Shown here piece after piece: positions 20,448 to 29,258 of a stretch of 57,237 nucleotides of DNA (positions within the stretch are counted from its first letter, which is position 1; the number at the start of each line of letters is the position of its first letter). The stretch spans positions 1-57,237 of the IMG/VR virus record IMGVR_UViG_3300049186_000021; one strand, written 5' to 3'. A program made the position numbers and the translations under genes. The DNA comes from a virus (Duplodnaviria; Caudoviricetes). The notes under the pieces are model-generated. The model saw only the letters and a program-made list of their open reading frames with translations. It was not told where the DNA came from and made no database searches.

Positions 20448-20722
20448 GCCGCCACCCCTTCCCGGATGATTTGAGCCTGTTGCTGGCGTTCTCGGTTGGC
20501 CTTGTCGGCTTTATCGAGCGCCCCCCGGTCGATGGCGGACTGTCGCTTTGTCGTCAGTTCGCCCAATCGCCGCGTCGCCGTGTTGCGCCACGCGCTACGA
20601 GTGCGTTCTGATGCCTGCGTGTAGGTCGCGCCTTCGTCGAGAAGTTTTGTCACGTCTTCCGGGGATTTTGCGCTTGCGATGCGTTCCCGAAGACCTTCGA
20701 TTTTCCGGTCTTTGTTTATCAT
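20444..20722 (-). CDS. hypothetical protein
   Basis: overlapping-codon operon structure. Confidence 0.55.
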   Translation of the reverse strand: MINKDRKIEGLRERIASAKSPEDVTKLLDEGATYTQASERTRSAWRNTATRRLGELTTKRQSAIDRGALDKADKANRERQQQAQIIREGVAA

Positions 20723-20877
20723 GTTTTTGGTTTATTGATCATTTCGATCAAAGCTTTTTCAAGATCAGCGCCGAAAATCTTGCCAACGCTACAGCCCTCG
20801 TTATACCCCCAGTGCAGTTCGGCATCGTCGATGTAGAAACCTTCGAGCAGTTTTTGCAATAGTTCTTCGACGTCCAC
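20719..20877 (-). CDS. 52-aa protein, paralogue of 24838-24999 (not in the ORF track)
   Basis: VDVEELLQKLLEGFYIDDAELHWGYNEGCSVGK, translated by hand. Confidence 0.6.
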   Translation of the reverse strand: MDVEELLQKLLEGFYIDDAELHWGYNEGCSVGKIFGADLEKALIEMINKPKT

Positions 20878-20878
20878 G

Positions 20879-21118
20879 TTAAGCCTTCTCTATGGCAGCA
20901 GAAATTTCATCGTCGAATTTACACAGAGCCGCCTGAAGCTCTCGCACAAAAGGATCACCACTCGGGTTGAAACCTTCAGCGTTAAACCTACCGCCTCGGT
21001 CGATGATCGAAACGACCCGGCGTTTGAATTCTTGCTTCGCGGCTTGAATCGCCCCGATTGAAACGCCCTTCGTTTCTTTGAGCTTCGCGAATTCTTCTTC
21101 AGTGAGTATGATTTGCAT
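20879..21118 (-). CDS. hypothetical protein
   Basis: start at MQIILTEEEF. Confidence 0.5.
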   Translation of the reverse strand: MQIILTEEEFAKLKETKGVSIGAIQAAKQEFKRRVVSIIDRGGRFNAEGFNPSGDPFVRELQAALCKFDDEISAAIEKA

Positions 21119-21479
21119 GATGACAATCAGTATGACCGCACTCAGAACACATGGGCGACTTCTCAGCAAAGTCCAGACCGTGAAAATACGAGCGGCCATG
21201 TCGTCGTGCCGCCCGGAATTCGAGCAGCCAAATCGACAGCCGCAAAGCGAAAAGGATTACGACGTTCTCTGCGGCCCACACCTGATTTTGGAGATAACGC
21301 ATCCGGTCGCACAAAGCCCGGAGAACATTCTGGAGTGTCGTCCCCGGATAATTTCCCCCAGTGTTACCGGGGAATTTTGGGCCGCATCGCTTCACGAAGG
21401 TTAACATCGTGCCCATGTAACCCGTGCCCACGTCGAGGCGAGTCAACAGATACATGTGTCCGGGGTCGATGACTTTCAT
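21099..21479 (-). CDS. Tad1-like candidate anti-defence (nucleotide-signal sponge) protein
   Basis: GHMYLL...LTFVKR...PGTTLQNVLRALCDRMRYLQ...AENVV...LLEFRAARR parallels the Tad1 H-Y/FQKG/G-DR-Q/REN/R pattern as recalled; has its own promoter. Confidence 0.45.
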   Translation of the reverse strand: MKVIDPGHMYLLTRLDVGTGYMGTMLTFVKRCGPKFPGNTGGNYPGTTLQNVLRALCDRMRYLQNQVWAAENVVILFALRLSIWLLEFRAARRHGRSYFHGLDFAEKSPMCSECGHTDCHHANHTH

Positions 21480-21689
21480 TTCAGATACAGTGCTGTCCCA
21501 AATTGAAAATGTCAACTACAACGTGCAGTTAATGCGCCGTCCGCCCGGAGCACCAGCATACCGTCCTGAAATTCGGCCTTGCGCTGGCATCGTTTGCAGA
21601 CCGCCAGCGTGACGCCCTCAGACACGATGAACTGAGAGAGCATGTGTCCGAAACTCGTGGCGCGTTGCCGGGCTTCGAGCTTGAGTTGC

Positions 21690-21992
21690 TTAGAGGACTT
21701 CATAGTCGTGGCGGTGGCTCAGAGAAATGGTAAATGGTTTGAAAGCTTCCGGGCCTTTGTCATATGCGTCAGAGACTCGATTCGGCTTGTTGACCTTAAA
21801 CCGTTTGCCGTTCAGACGCGCGAAAGAATGTCCGACAAAGAGCCCTTGGACTTTCGGCCACTGGCGTTTGATCGCCGTCGCCAGCAAGCACCCAGTATGA
21901 TTCATATACTCTTTACACGTGCGCCGGTCTTCGTGCGTGACTCTGATTTTCAGAGACGGTCTGCGTTTACTAATTTTATTTTTTCTTGCCAT
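21690..21992 (-). CDS. hypothetical protein
   Basis: ORF with CLLATAIKR motif in the early region. Confidence 0.5.
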   Translation of the reverse strand: MARKNKISKRRPSLKIRVTHEDRRTCKEYMNHTGCLLATAIKRQWPKVQGLFVGHSFARLNGKRFKVNKPNRVSDAYDKGPEAFKPFTISLSHRHDYEVL

Positions 21993-22194
21993 AATTCAGC
22001 TTCTCGTTTAAACAGTTTGTTACCAGTTTCCGCATACCACTTGGCCATCACGCCGATATGACGCGCGCAATACTTGATCTTGTTGTTCACCCTCTTTCCC
22101 GGTTGGGAAGTGAACGGGTTCACAGTATGCGGAACCGAGTGCCTATACATGCTCGTAAGATGTGCTATTCGACTGCGAAAAGCAAGGCGAAAAT

Positions 22195-22428
22195 CTACCC
22201 ACGCCGGACACCGTAAATCACTGAGCCCATCCCAGCCGGAAACGGGCGCGGTTTGAACATGCGCCGGATCAGCGCCATCTCATACCGAAAATTTGCCTTG
22301 GTGCCGGGCCGCAACCGGGGCGGCAGCGAGCGACGGAACGCGCGGGCCATATCATTGCCCAGCTTCGTTAAGTCGCCCATCGTTACCGATACACTTTTCG
22401 AAACCGGCCTTTTGTTTTTGGTGGCCAT
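22195..22428 (-). CDS. small basic hypothetical protein
   Basis: ORF on the coding strand. Confidence 0.4.
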   Translation of the reverse strand: MATKNKRPVSKSVSVTMGDLTKLGNDMARAFRRSLPPRLRPGTKANFRYEMALIRRMFKPRPFPAGMGSVIYGVRRG

Positions 22429-22666
22429 GTGATTGCCTCGTAACCTTCGCGGAATTTGTCGATGTCATGACGCGGCTTGTCGCCCTTGCCCGCGCCGTGC
22501 TGAACGCCCCACGCGTCTTTGCCGGAGTTTGTGAATGGTTTGGATGATGGCATAAATTAGGTGCTCGATTTCCAGTGGACGACGATCAGTGCCTCGGGTG
22601 GCACAAAGCCTAACACACTGCCGTCTTTCGTGACGGCTAGTATGACCGTGATGCCAGTCTTCTTTT

Positions 22667-23125
22667 TCATTTCAAGATTGCAATGGCGACGTTGAGAGCT
22701 TCCTTGAGCGTAGCGACACGGAAGCCGATTGCTTCGCGGATCATCGGGTGGTCGTGCGGATTGCCTTCCGGCTCCATGACACAGATGATCGGCGTCTTGC
22801 GCGAATCGGCCCAGCCGAATTCGATGGCCGTGCCGATGGACACTCGGGTCGCGCCGAGAAAATTCACAAGCAGCACGTCACAGCGAAGCGAGTCGAACCT
22901 GTCACGCGTGTAGATGCCACGCGCGGATGAGCACACCGAGTCCTCGTAAGAGCCGTCGATGATCTTCTCGGACTTCAGATAGTCCTTAGCCCGCATCGGG
23001 GACAAACCCTTGATGCCATGCCCGGCTAATTCACTGATGGCCTGCTGACGCCAGTCAACGCATTGCCCGTAGGTGCAGCCGGAGATTGGTCCGGCGAGAT
23101 AAACCGTTTTAGTTGTGCTCTGCAT
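22667..23125 (-). CDS. nucleoside 2-deoxyribosyltransferase-like protein
   Basis: VYLAGPI, SPMR, RDRFDSLRCDVLLVNF, SIGTAIEFGWA. Confidence 0.8.
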   Translation of the reverse strand: MQSTTKTVYLAGPISGCTYGQCVDWRQQAISELAGHGIKGLSPMRAKDYLKSEKIIDGSYEDSVCSSARGIYTRDRFDSLRCDVLLVNFLGATRVSIGTAIEFGWADSRKTPIICVMEPEGNPHDHPMIREAIGFRVATLKEALNVAIAILK

Positions 23126-23732
23126 AATCGATAGAGACTAAACCGCGCCCACCTTCGTCATGGAAGGCCATAGGGATTGCCCACCGGAGATTCGGCATGA
23201 TGGCACCGTCCGGGATTTCATCGATGCCGCGCACAAGGCGATGCTCTATCGCCTCGCGAATCGGACGGTTGAGGTCTGCACTGTAGACTGTCATCGTCTG
23301 CGCAACGGCTGCCGCGTCACCGAAGTAGCGGAGGAAAGTCACTTCCGCTTTTGGGAAGTGCATCTTGGCGAACACGTCCCACTCCAGCGGCAAAGTGAGA
23401 ACACCAGTTTCCTCGTGAAATTCACGAGCCATGGCCGTCTTGGATGTTTCCCCCGGCTCGATCTTGCCGCCCACACCGTTGAGCTTGCCCGCTTGCCAGT
23501 CCGGCTTGACCTTGCGAATCAGGACGACCCTTGGCCGCACTGTGCCGCCTCCGTGGAAGGCGAAGCCACAAACGTAACGTTGCGTGCGCTCCTTCACGAC
23601 AGCAGGCCGGGTGATGGCGTCATAGATTTCGGGCCGGGGTGGCGGGGCCGAGTGAACGTAGGTGCGACGAGCCCACCACACCGCGCAAACGATGGTCACT
23701 CCAATGACGAGAGTAGCGGCGAGGATACTCAC
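23109..23732 (-). CDS. NUDIX hydrolase with an N-terminal transmembrane segment
   Basis: GGKIEPGETSKTAMAREFHEETGV Nudix box; hydrophobic N-terminus. Confidence 0.85.
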   Translation of the reverse strand: MSILAATLVIGVTIVCAVWWARRTYVHSAPPPRPEIYDAITRPAVVKERTQRYVCGFAFHGGGTVRPRVVLIRKVKPDWQAGKLNGVGGKIEPGETSKTAMAREFHEETGVLTLPLEWDVFAKMHFPKAEVTFLRYFGDAAAVAQTMTVYSADLNRPIREAIEHRLVRGIDEIPDGAIMPNLRWAIPMAFHDEGGRGLVSIDYAEHN

Positions 23733-24079
23733 TTCTGCTCCGAGTTAGGCGAGAAGACCTTGACGATTTCACCCTGCTGCTGTGCCGCCTGTTGCTTGGC
23801 TGCAATCATGTGCCGGGTCGTGTTGATTTGATTAATGCGGCTAAACACCGTGGCCAGAGCGCCCATGAAAGGCTCATACTCAGCTTTGACGATGAACCAC
23901 GCGCTGATCAAGTCCGGGGCAAACTGGAGAAGGGCACTGGCGAGTTGACCCTGCAACGCGTTGATCTCCTGATCACGAGTAGGAGTGGCGATGGCTGAGC
24001 TTGAAAGTTCCTGCAACCGCGCGATGTCGTGACTGATCTGTTCCGCAATTGCCCGAGTAAGAGTAGGTTGTTGATTCAC
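23729..24079 (-). CDS. hypothetical protein (probably leaderless)
   Basis: GTG start 8 nt after the GGCACT promoter element. Confidence 0.6.
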   Translation of the reverse strand: MNQQPTLTRAIAEQISHDIARLQELSSSAIATPTRDQEINALQGQLASALLQFAPDLISAWFIVKAEYEPFMGALATVFSRINQINTTRHMIAAKQQAAQQQGEIVKVFSPNSEQK

Positions 24080-24155
24080 GCGGAAACAGTGCCAGCCGAA
24101 TCGCTTCGGCGTCCACCAAAATCTATCGGAAGGGCTGAAAAATTTTCATCACGGA

Positions 24156-24404
24156 TCACACGTAGCACTCGCGGAAAAGGTCAAGCACGGTCTGCTCGCC
24201 CCCGTCCCGGAGTTGTTTCGCTGCCTCCCCGCAAGAGGCTAACAGTTGCCCGAGAGTGCTCGCCTGTTCCGCAGTGGTGACGATCACGGGGCCGTTCAGA
24301 GTGACTGTGCCGGGAGCGACGGTGATGAAGGCCCCAGTGTCGCGGCACTGAATGTCATAGTTCAGCGCGCCGTTGACGATCTGCTTTTTCATAGTGGCGT
24401 TCAT
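24156..24404 (-). CDS. hypothetical protein
   Basis: ATGA overlap; start at MNATMKK. Confidence 0.45.
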   Translation of the reverse strand: MNATMKKQIVNGALNYDIQCRDTGAFITVAPGTVTLNGPVIVTTAEQASTLGQLLASCGEAAKQLRDGGEQTVLDLFRECYV

Positions 24405-24625
24405 GTTCCGCTCCGTTCTCTTTGTGGTGTGCCAATCTCCCACTTGCCGCCGATCTGAAAGTTCGATGCAAACGCCTGCTTTGCCCCTCGCAAGGTGCGA
24501 TACCCTAGAATGTCGCTCCCGTAAATCGTCTGCACGTTCAGCGTGGACCCGATGTTGGACTCGGCAATCCACGCTGATTTTACCAACGTGCCGTTCGGAT
24601 TTGTGAGATGGTAGAGCTTGGTCAT
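24401..24625 (-). CDS. hypothetical protein (probably leaderless)
   Basis: ATG 8 nt after GGCACT of the palindrome-containing promoter. Confidence 0.55.
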   Translation of the reverse strand: MTKLYHLTNPNGTLVKSAWIAESNIGSTLNVQTIYGSDILGYRTLRGAKQAFASNFQIGGKWEIGTPQRERSGT

Positions 24626-24641
24626 CTCTTTAGAGTGCCGG

Positions 24642-24661
24642 TTGACACCAATTGGTGTCAA
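24642..24661. promoter_or_regulatory. palindrome copy 3, forming the -35 of a minus-strand GGCACT promoter
   Basis: TTGACACCAATTGGTGTCAA. Confidence 0.85.
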
Positions 24662-24662
24662 G

Positions 24663-24854
24663 TTAATTGCGAATAAAGACTTCCGCCCGGCTTCGCTCAC
24701 AAACGTAATCGACTTCTGCCGACGTTACCGTGTCGCCCACGCGCACCATTTTAGTAGGGCCAACACTGAGCGCGCCGATGTTTGTCAGCGACTCTACGAG
24801 ATAGGTCGCACTGGAAGTTCCACGTTTAAACGTTACCTTAATTTTCTTTTTCAT
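24663..24854 (-). CDS. small protein, possible paralogue of 30521-30742
   Basis: shared RVGD-x-(V/I)T-xx-(E/Q)V-x-Y motif. Confidence 0.5.
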   Translation of the reverse strand: MKKKIKVTFKRGTSSATYLVESLTNIGALSVGPTKMVRVGDTVTSAEVDYVCERSRAEVFIRN

Positions 24855-24999
24855 TTTTTCTTTGGATTAGTTGTTTCTCAAATTCTTTGTCATCACTCAC
24901 CCGCCCAACGCTTTGTCCCTCCACGTATCCCCAATGAAGCTCGTCTCTGTCTTGATAGAAGTAAGAGAGTAACTTTCGGAGCAGTTCGGTATCGTTCAC
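24838..24999 (-). CDS. 53-aa protein, paralogue of 20719-20877 (not in the ORF track)
   Basis: VNDTELLRKLLSYFYQDRDELHWGYVEGQSVGR, translated by hand. Confidence 0.6.
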   Translation of the reverse strand: MNDTELLRKLLSYFYQDRDELHWGYVEGQSVGRVSDDKEFEKQLIQRKNEKEN

Positions 25000-25811
25000 G
25001 CGGCCTCCTTAATGCGCGCCACTTCGGCGGCGAAGTCGATGGCACTGATTGTGCAGTCGCGAAATTTTTGCATAACTTTGGCGAGCGAGACGTATTTAAG
25101 GACGCGCTTGTATACCTCTGGCCAGCCATCGTAAGCCAAATGCTCGTCGTAATACGGGTCGAGCTTTTCCGTCCCCAGCCCATCAGGAGGGTAAACCCAA
25201 TACTCGCCGGGCAAGTGTGGCTCGATTGAGATGCCGTATTGCTCCGAGAAAGCCCGGCACTCGCGACGGATTTTTGCGTGAGGGTCTACCGGCTTAGGCG
25301 GCGCTGGTGCGACCTTGTCCAGCTTCATACCGGGGCGAACGATCCACGCCACGTGGACACGCGCACGACGAAAAGGGGCCTTAGAGAGCGGCACCGGCTT
25401 GCCGGTATGGTTGTCAATGAAGCTGCGCCCGGACACGGTGACGAAGTGCCCCGTAATGTTGATGATCAAAATTTCGTGGCGCAACAGTTCCTTGTGGTCG
25501 CGGCAGAACTTTGCGAGGGTAGGCGGATTCCATTTGACCGTCTGGAAAAGCGGACGTGGCGCATTGAACATGTTTCGGTGTTCCATCGCGTAATCGAAAT
25601 GCTTGACCATCTCGCACCCGAGAAGCTCCCCGGCGCGCCGGAGAATTTCGTTGCTAATGCCCTTCACCGGCTTGTTGCGGTATGCCGGGTTGACTGACTG
25701 CCTGATCGCCTGAACGACGTATGATGTAGGCTTGCCAGTCACCGCACTGAGCGCGGCAGGGCCGCACCAGAGCGCCGTTTTTAGGTCGTGTTTGATCTCA
25801 TGCAATTTCAT
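24996..25811 (-). CDS. hypothetical protein, possibly papain/C39-like
   Basis: WCGPAALSAV and GHFVTV...FIDN resemble a Cys-His-Asp peptidase pattern. Confidence 0.45.
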   Translation of the reverse strand: MKLHEIKHDLKTALWCGPAALSAVTGKPTSYVVQAIRQSVNPAYRNKPVKGISNEILRRAGELLGCEMVKHFDYAMEHRNMFNAPRPLFQTVKWNPPTLAKFCRDHKELLRHEILIINITGHFVTVSGRSFIDNHTGKPVPLSKAPFRRARVHVAWIVRPGMKLDKVAPAPPKPVDPHAKIRRECRAFSEQYGISIEPHLPGEYWVYPPDGLGTEKLDPYYDEHLAYDGWPEVYKRVLKYVSLAKVMQKFRDCTISAIDFAAEVARIKEAA

Positions 25812-26266
25812 TGTGCGCCTCCCTTCTTCTCCACCAGCCGTTTCTTCGACTTGACCGACATCTTGACGCGAGCATAGTCGCCACTGCTCTTAAAAAATGT
25901 GCCATGGTAAACGTAACCGTTGACGGCGTAAACCGAGACGGACACCCGCGTGTCGCCCATGTTGCCGCGCCACGTTTTACCGAACTGCACGTGACCCAGC
26001 TTGACCCCCGTCCAGATGGTTGCCTCGCCGCTCGCGCCGTAATACGTGCCGCTATTGGCTTTGATGTAGAGAAAATACTTCTCAGGCGGGTCGTTGATGA
26101 AATCGTAAAGTTCCACTTGCGCGCGTTCGTTGTTATCCGGCGGATTAATACCAGCCGGAAGTTCGCTAGGGTGGTAGCTGCATCGCTTGCCCATCCACGC
26201 CCGAAGTTTCGCCTCGCGCGCCACGATCTCGTCGCGCTGCTCTTTCGTTATGGTGTTAACTTTCAT
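25808..26266 (-). CDS. hypothetical early protein
   Basis: ATG 6 nt after the TATAGT -10 box. Confidence 0.6.
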   Translation of the reverse strand: MKVNTITKEQRDEIVAREAKLRAWMGKRCSYHPSELPAGINPPDNNERAQVELYDFINDPPEKYFLYIKANSGTYYGASGEATIWTGVKLGHVQFGKTWRGNMGDTRVSVSVYAVNGYVYHGTFFKSSGDYARVKMSVKSKKRLVEKKGGAQ

Positions 26267-26272
26267 GCCCAC

Positions 26273-26301
26273 ACTATACAGTGAGAGCGTTTAAACGTCA
26301 A
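26273..26301 (-). promoter_or_regulatory. sigma70 early promoter with GTTTAAAC site
   Basis: TTGACG-N17-TATAGT-N6-ATG. Confidence 0.7.
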
Positions 26302-26780
26302 CGCTTTTTCCGTTGTTTTTCTACCGAGGCAAAGCTAGGGGATTTACTGGCCAGCACCTTGAGGGTCTTGCCCTCGTAATGACGTATGCCGTCCACCACA
26401 CCAACGAATTTAAACCCCTGCTTGGCCATGTTTTCTTCGAATTCTTCGTCGATGCGACGCAAGGATCGCCCCGTGTAAGTTTCGTTTATCTGCTGGAACA
26501 TCCGGGCGGCGGCGCGCTGCTCCGTATCGCTCGCCGAATTCAGCATGACGTAGAGACGGCAGAAGTGCGCGAAAATCGAATCGCGAAAATCCTCCGACTT
26601 TAGCCAGAACCAGTCTTGAGTTAGGGTAAACCGAAACTTGTCGAACGCGCGGCAGAACGCGTCATGGTCCACCCTAAAGTGGTCAGGCCATGTCTTTGCC
26701 TCCAGCACAATCTCGCGCTTCGCACGCGCCGCTCCAATCATTAAGTCGTTGTCCATAAAGTTATCTCGGTTCGCTACCAA
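26298..26780 (-). CDS. hypothetical protein
   Basis: ORF on the coding strand; start uncertain. Confidence 0.5.
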   Translation of the reverse strand: MVANRDNFMDNDLMIGAARAKREIVLEAKTWPDHFRVDHDAFCRAFDKFRFTLTQDWFWLKSEDFRDSIFAHFCRLYVMLNSASDTEQRAAARMFQQINETYTGRSLRRIDEEFEENMAKQGFKFVGVVDGIRHYEGKTLKVLASKSPSFASVEKQRKKR

Positions 26781-27069
26781 ATCGGTCGCACAAATTCAGC
26801 ACCAGCTTGCCTATAATCTTGATAGCTTCCTTGGCGTCCGTGCTGAGCAAATCGCCGTCGAGTAAAACCTTCAGACGCTCCGTATCAGGCAACGCCAAAA
26901 AGTTTTCGTGGTCCTGCTTCTGACACGTCGCCCGGATAATCGCGCAGTCTTGTGATGGCCCACTACCCTGAACGATTCGCCCATCGGAACACTCCAGTAA
27001 ACAGCGCCAGTATCCCGGCACCGGGTTGTTCATGCAGTCTTCGCTCGGCTCAATGTATTTGATTTCCAT
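26761..27069 (-). CDS. hypothetical protein
   Basis: start at MEIKYIE. Confidence 0.5.
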   Translation of the reverse strand: MEIKYIEPSEDCMNNPVPGYWRCLLECSDGRIVQGSGPSQDCAIIRATCQKQDHENFLALPDTERLKVLLDGDLLSTDAKEAIKIIGKLVLNLCDRFGSEPR

Positions 27070-27243
27070 ATTGTTAAAGTGGTTTGGTTTTCCACACGCC
27101 CTTGCCCGCCTTGTAGACGGCGCGCCAGTAGCCATGGATTTTTGTGTGCATGAATTCGCCAGTCCGGGTTTGAACCCAACCGCGCGCCTTCAAATATTCG
27201 ACCGCCTCCCACTCTGAGCGAAACGTGTCTTTCTTTTTCTTGC

Positions 27244-27516
27244 TCATAAATTGTCCGGGTGTTCGTCGCAGTGGAACCAAATTTCTTCTCCGTCGATCTC
27301 CACCATAATCGCGTAACCCTCTGTCCGTGGCCGCACTCGCAACCGGTTTGCGTCGCACCAGCCGATTAACGTCACGCCGGGTTGCAACTTGCTATGCCCC
27401 GCAGGATTACGGTTTACGTCCACTTTCCAATCGAACACGTCGGCGTTTGAGAAGCCACGGCGCAGGCCATACTTTTCGAACAAGAATTTTTCCGGGCTGA
27501 TCTTCGGAGCACTCAT
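27244..27516 (-). CDS. hypothetical protein
   Basis: ATGA overlaps on both sides. Confidence 0.55.
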   Translation of the reverse strand: MSAPKISPEKFLFEKYGLRRGFSNADVFDWKVDVNRNPAGHSKLQPGVTLIGWCDANRLRVRPRTEGYAIMVEIDGEEIWFHCDEHPDNL

Positions 27517-28082
27517 GCGAGGTAAGAGTCGAGTTTGAGCCCGCGCACCGTTTCGATATACGTCACTTTCCAGTCGGGAACGTTCGCCTTCTCGATGGTC
27601 TGCCCCAACGCCATGCCTTCAAATCTGGCGTCGTGATTGAAATACACAGTGAGTCCTTTCAGCTTGCCGTTGCGCTGCACCTGTTGCACATAAAAGTAGG
27701 TGTCCGATAATCTGCCATGCTTCACAAGCCACTGGCCGGGCTTGTCGATCTGCGGCGCTTCGACGGCGCGCATCTCTCTTACCCTCTGCTCGGTCAGACA
27801 AAACTTTTGAGCCTGATAGTAGTCTTCATTGCGCCTATCGACCGAAAGCCCTGTCGCCGGATAGTAAGTGGCCACATCGCCTGATCGCCGGTCCGCCAGA
27901 ACGGCGGACAATTTTCCGTTTTGCACCAGCCAATCAAATTGATTGTTGGCGACATTGAAAACCTTCGTGGCCAGCACGCACTCGCCGCCGTGCATGACGA
28001 AATAAATATTCGGCTCTGCGCCGGAGCCCCGGCATTGTTTCGCGAAAACGTCGAGGGCATTGTCCCTGATGTATCTTGGCAT
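27513..28082 (-). CDS. hypothetical protein
   Basis: operon structure. Confidence 0.55.
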   Translation of the reverse strand: MPRYIRDNALDVFAKQCRGSGAEPNIYFVMHGGECVLATKVFNVANNQFDWLVQNGKLSAVLADRRSGDVATYYPATGLSVDRRNEDYYQAQKFCLTEQRVREMRAVEAPQIDKPGQWLVKHGRLSDTYFYVQQVQRNGKLKGLTVYFNHDARFEGMALGQTIEKANVPDWKVTYIETVRGLKLDSYLA

Positions 28083-28083
28083 A

Positions 28084-28428
28084 TTATTCCTTTGTGAAAT
28101 TGTCCAGAGCGGATTCGAGCATCGCGCCAGCTTGCATCACTTCGTCCTTCAACGCTTTGACGCGATTAAACATATACGCCTGCGTCCGTCGCTGATCCTG
28201 AAGTTGTTTCGCCACGTCCGCGTTGAGCCGCTTTAACTTGGCATTTTGCTCCACGAGTGCCACGCCTTCGGACTCCAGCAAGGCGATGTCGGGCAGCGTC
28301 GAAAAGTCGCTGCGGATATCGCTCTCGAACTGCGGGCGTAAATGGTCCAGCATGGAGCGGAGGTAACTGTTGCGCGGCGTCTGCTGTATCAGGGTGTCCA
28401 GCAGTGTGATTTCATCAGCTTTTCTCAT
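28084..28428 (-). CDS. coiled-coil hypothetical protein
   Basis: start at MRKADEI, directly after the mini-UvrD stop. Confidence 0.55.
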   Translation of the reverse strand: MRKADEITLLDTLIQQTPRNSYLRSMLDHLRPQFESDIRSDFSTLPDIALLESEGVALVEQNAKLKRLNADVAKQLQDQRRTQAYMFNRVKALKDEVMQAGAMLESALDNFTKE

Positions 28429-28429
28429 A

Positions 28430-28609
28430 TTATTTTTCTCCCCACACCAGAGTTTTCTTTGCACGAGTCACGGCCACATAATAGATGTTGGCTTCTTCCT
28501 CGCTCTTGCTCCGGTTTTTAAAAGTGTCGGCGATGAGCACCACCTTGCCCCACTCCAGCCCCTTCGCCTTGTGGACACTGGGCTTCCAATTATTTATTGT
28601 TTCAATCAT
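28430..28609 (-). CDS. 59-aa stand-alone UvrD/SF1 helicase C-terminal fragment (motifs V and VI); not in the ORF track
   Basis: MIETINNWKPSVHKAKGLEWGKVVLIADTFKNRSKSEEEANIYYVAVTRAKKTLVWGEK, translated by hand. Confidence 0.8.
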   Translation of the reverse strand: MIETINNWKPSVHKAKGLEWGKVVLIADTFKNRSKSEEEANIYYVAVTRAKKTLVWGEK

Positions 28610-28615
28610 GTCTAG

Positions 28616-28644
28616 ACCTTACAATGAGAACGTTTAAACGTCAA
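28616..28644 (-). promoter_or_regulatory. sigma70 early promoter with GTTTAAAC site
   Basis: TTGACG-N17-TAAGGT (extended TG)-N6-ATG. Confidence 0.65.
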
Positions 28645-28658
28645 TACCGTATTCCTAC

Positions 28659-29213
28659 CTATTCGCGCCTCCGGGCCTCACGGGCCTCGTCCTCGGCACG
28701 CTTGTGGTATTCAGTGCCTTCCAGCATCCGCGCGGCGATGTAATGCGCCTGATGCCCGATGATGCCATGGGCGGTCAGCGCCTCAACATGTCGGTATGCC
28801 GCGTTGTGCTGGTCGATAGCCTTCGCCAGAACGCGCAGGTGATTCGGGTCAGCGAGTAAGGCTTGTCGCTCGTCATTTCGCCGGATCGCCGCTTCGCCGT
28901 TACTCGCGTCGCGCTCTGCAAATTCGGAAGGATCACAGCATGCCCAGTCTTGCGCGTAACCGATAAAGTGGCGGATGCGCTCGCCCTCAAGCGGAAAAAC
29001 GTCCAGATAATGCAGCCCGGCAATAAATTCGAAATCTACCCGCTTCACGCGGAACGGCGCTTGTTCCTCGTAATACTTCAGCAAACGCTTGTTGATGGTT
29101 TTGCCCTCAAACCGTTGCAACGCACGGTAAAGGGCAGCGTGCGATTGCGCCGCGCGGAATTCGCGGTCATAATCGGCCACGATTTCGTCGATGAGTTTTT
29201 GAAGTGTCGTCAT
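28659..29213 (-). CDS. hypothetical early protein
   Basis: ATG 6 nt after TAGGAT. Confidence 0.6.
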   Translation of the reverse strand: MTTLQKLIDEIVADYDREFRAAQSHAALYRALQRFEGKTINKRLLKYYEEQAPFRVKRVDFEFIAGLHYLDVFPLEGERIRHFIGYAQDWACCDPSEFAERDASNGEAAIRRNDERQALLADPNHLRVLAKAIDQHNAAYRHVEALTAHGIIGHQAHYIAARMLEGTEYHKRAEDEAREARRRE

Positions 29214-29230
29214 ACGTGTATCCTATAGAA

Positions 29231-29248
29231 TGACACCAATTGGTGTCA
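29231..29248. promoter_or_regulatory. palindrome copy 4, inside a minus-strand sigma70 promoter
   Basis: TGACACCAATTGGTGTCA; TTGACA-N18-TAGGAT on the minus strand. Confidence 0.85.
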
Positions 29249-29258
29249 ATACGTAAAT

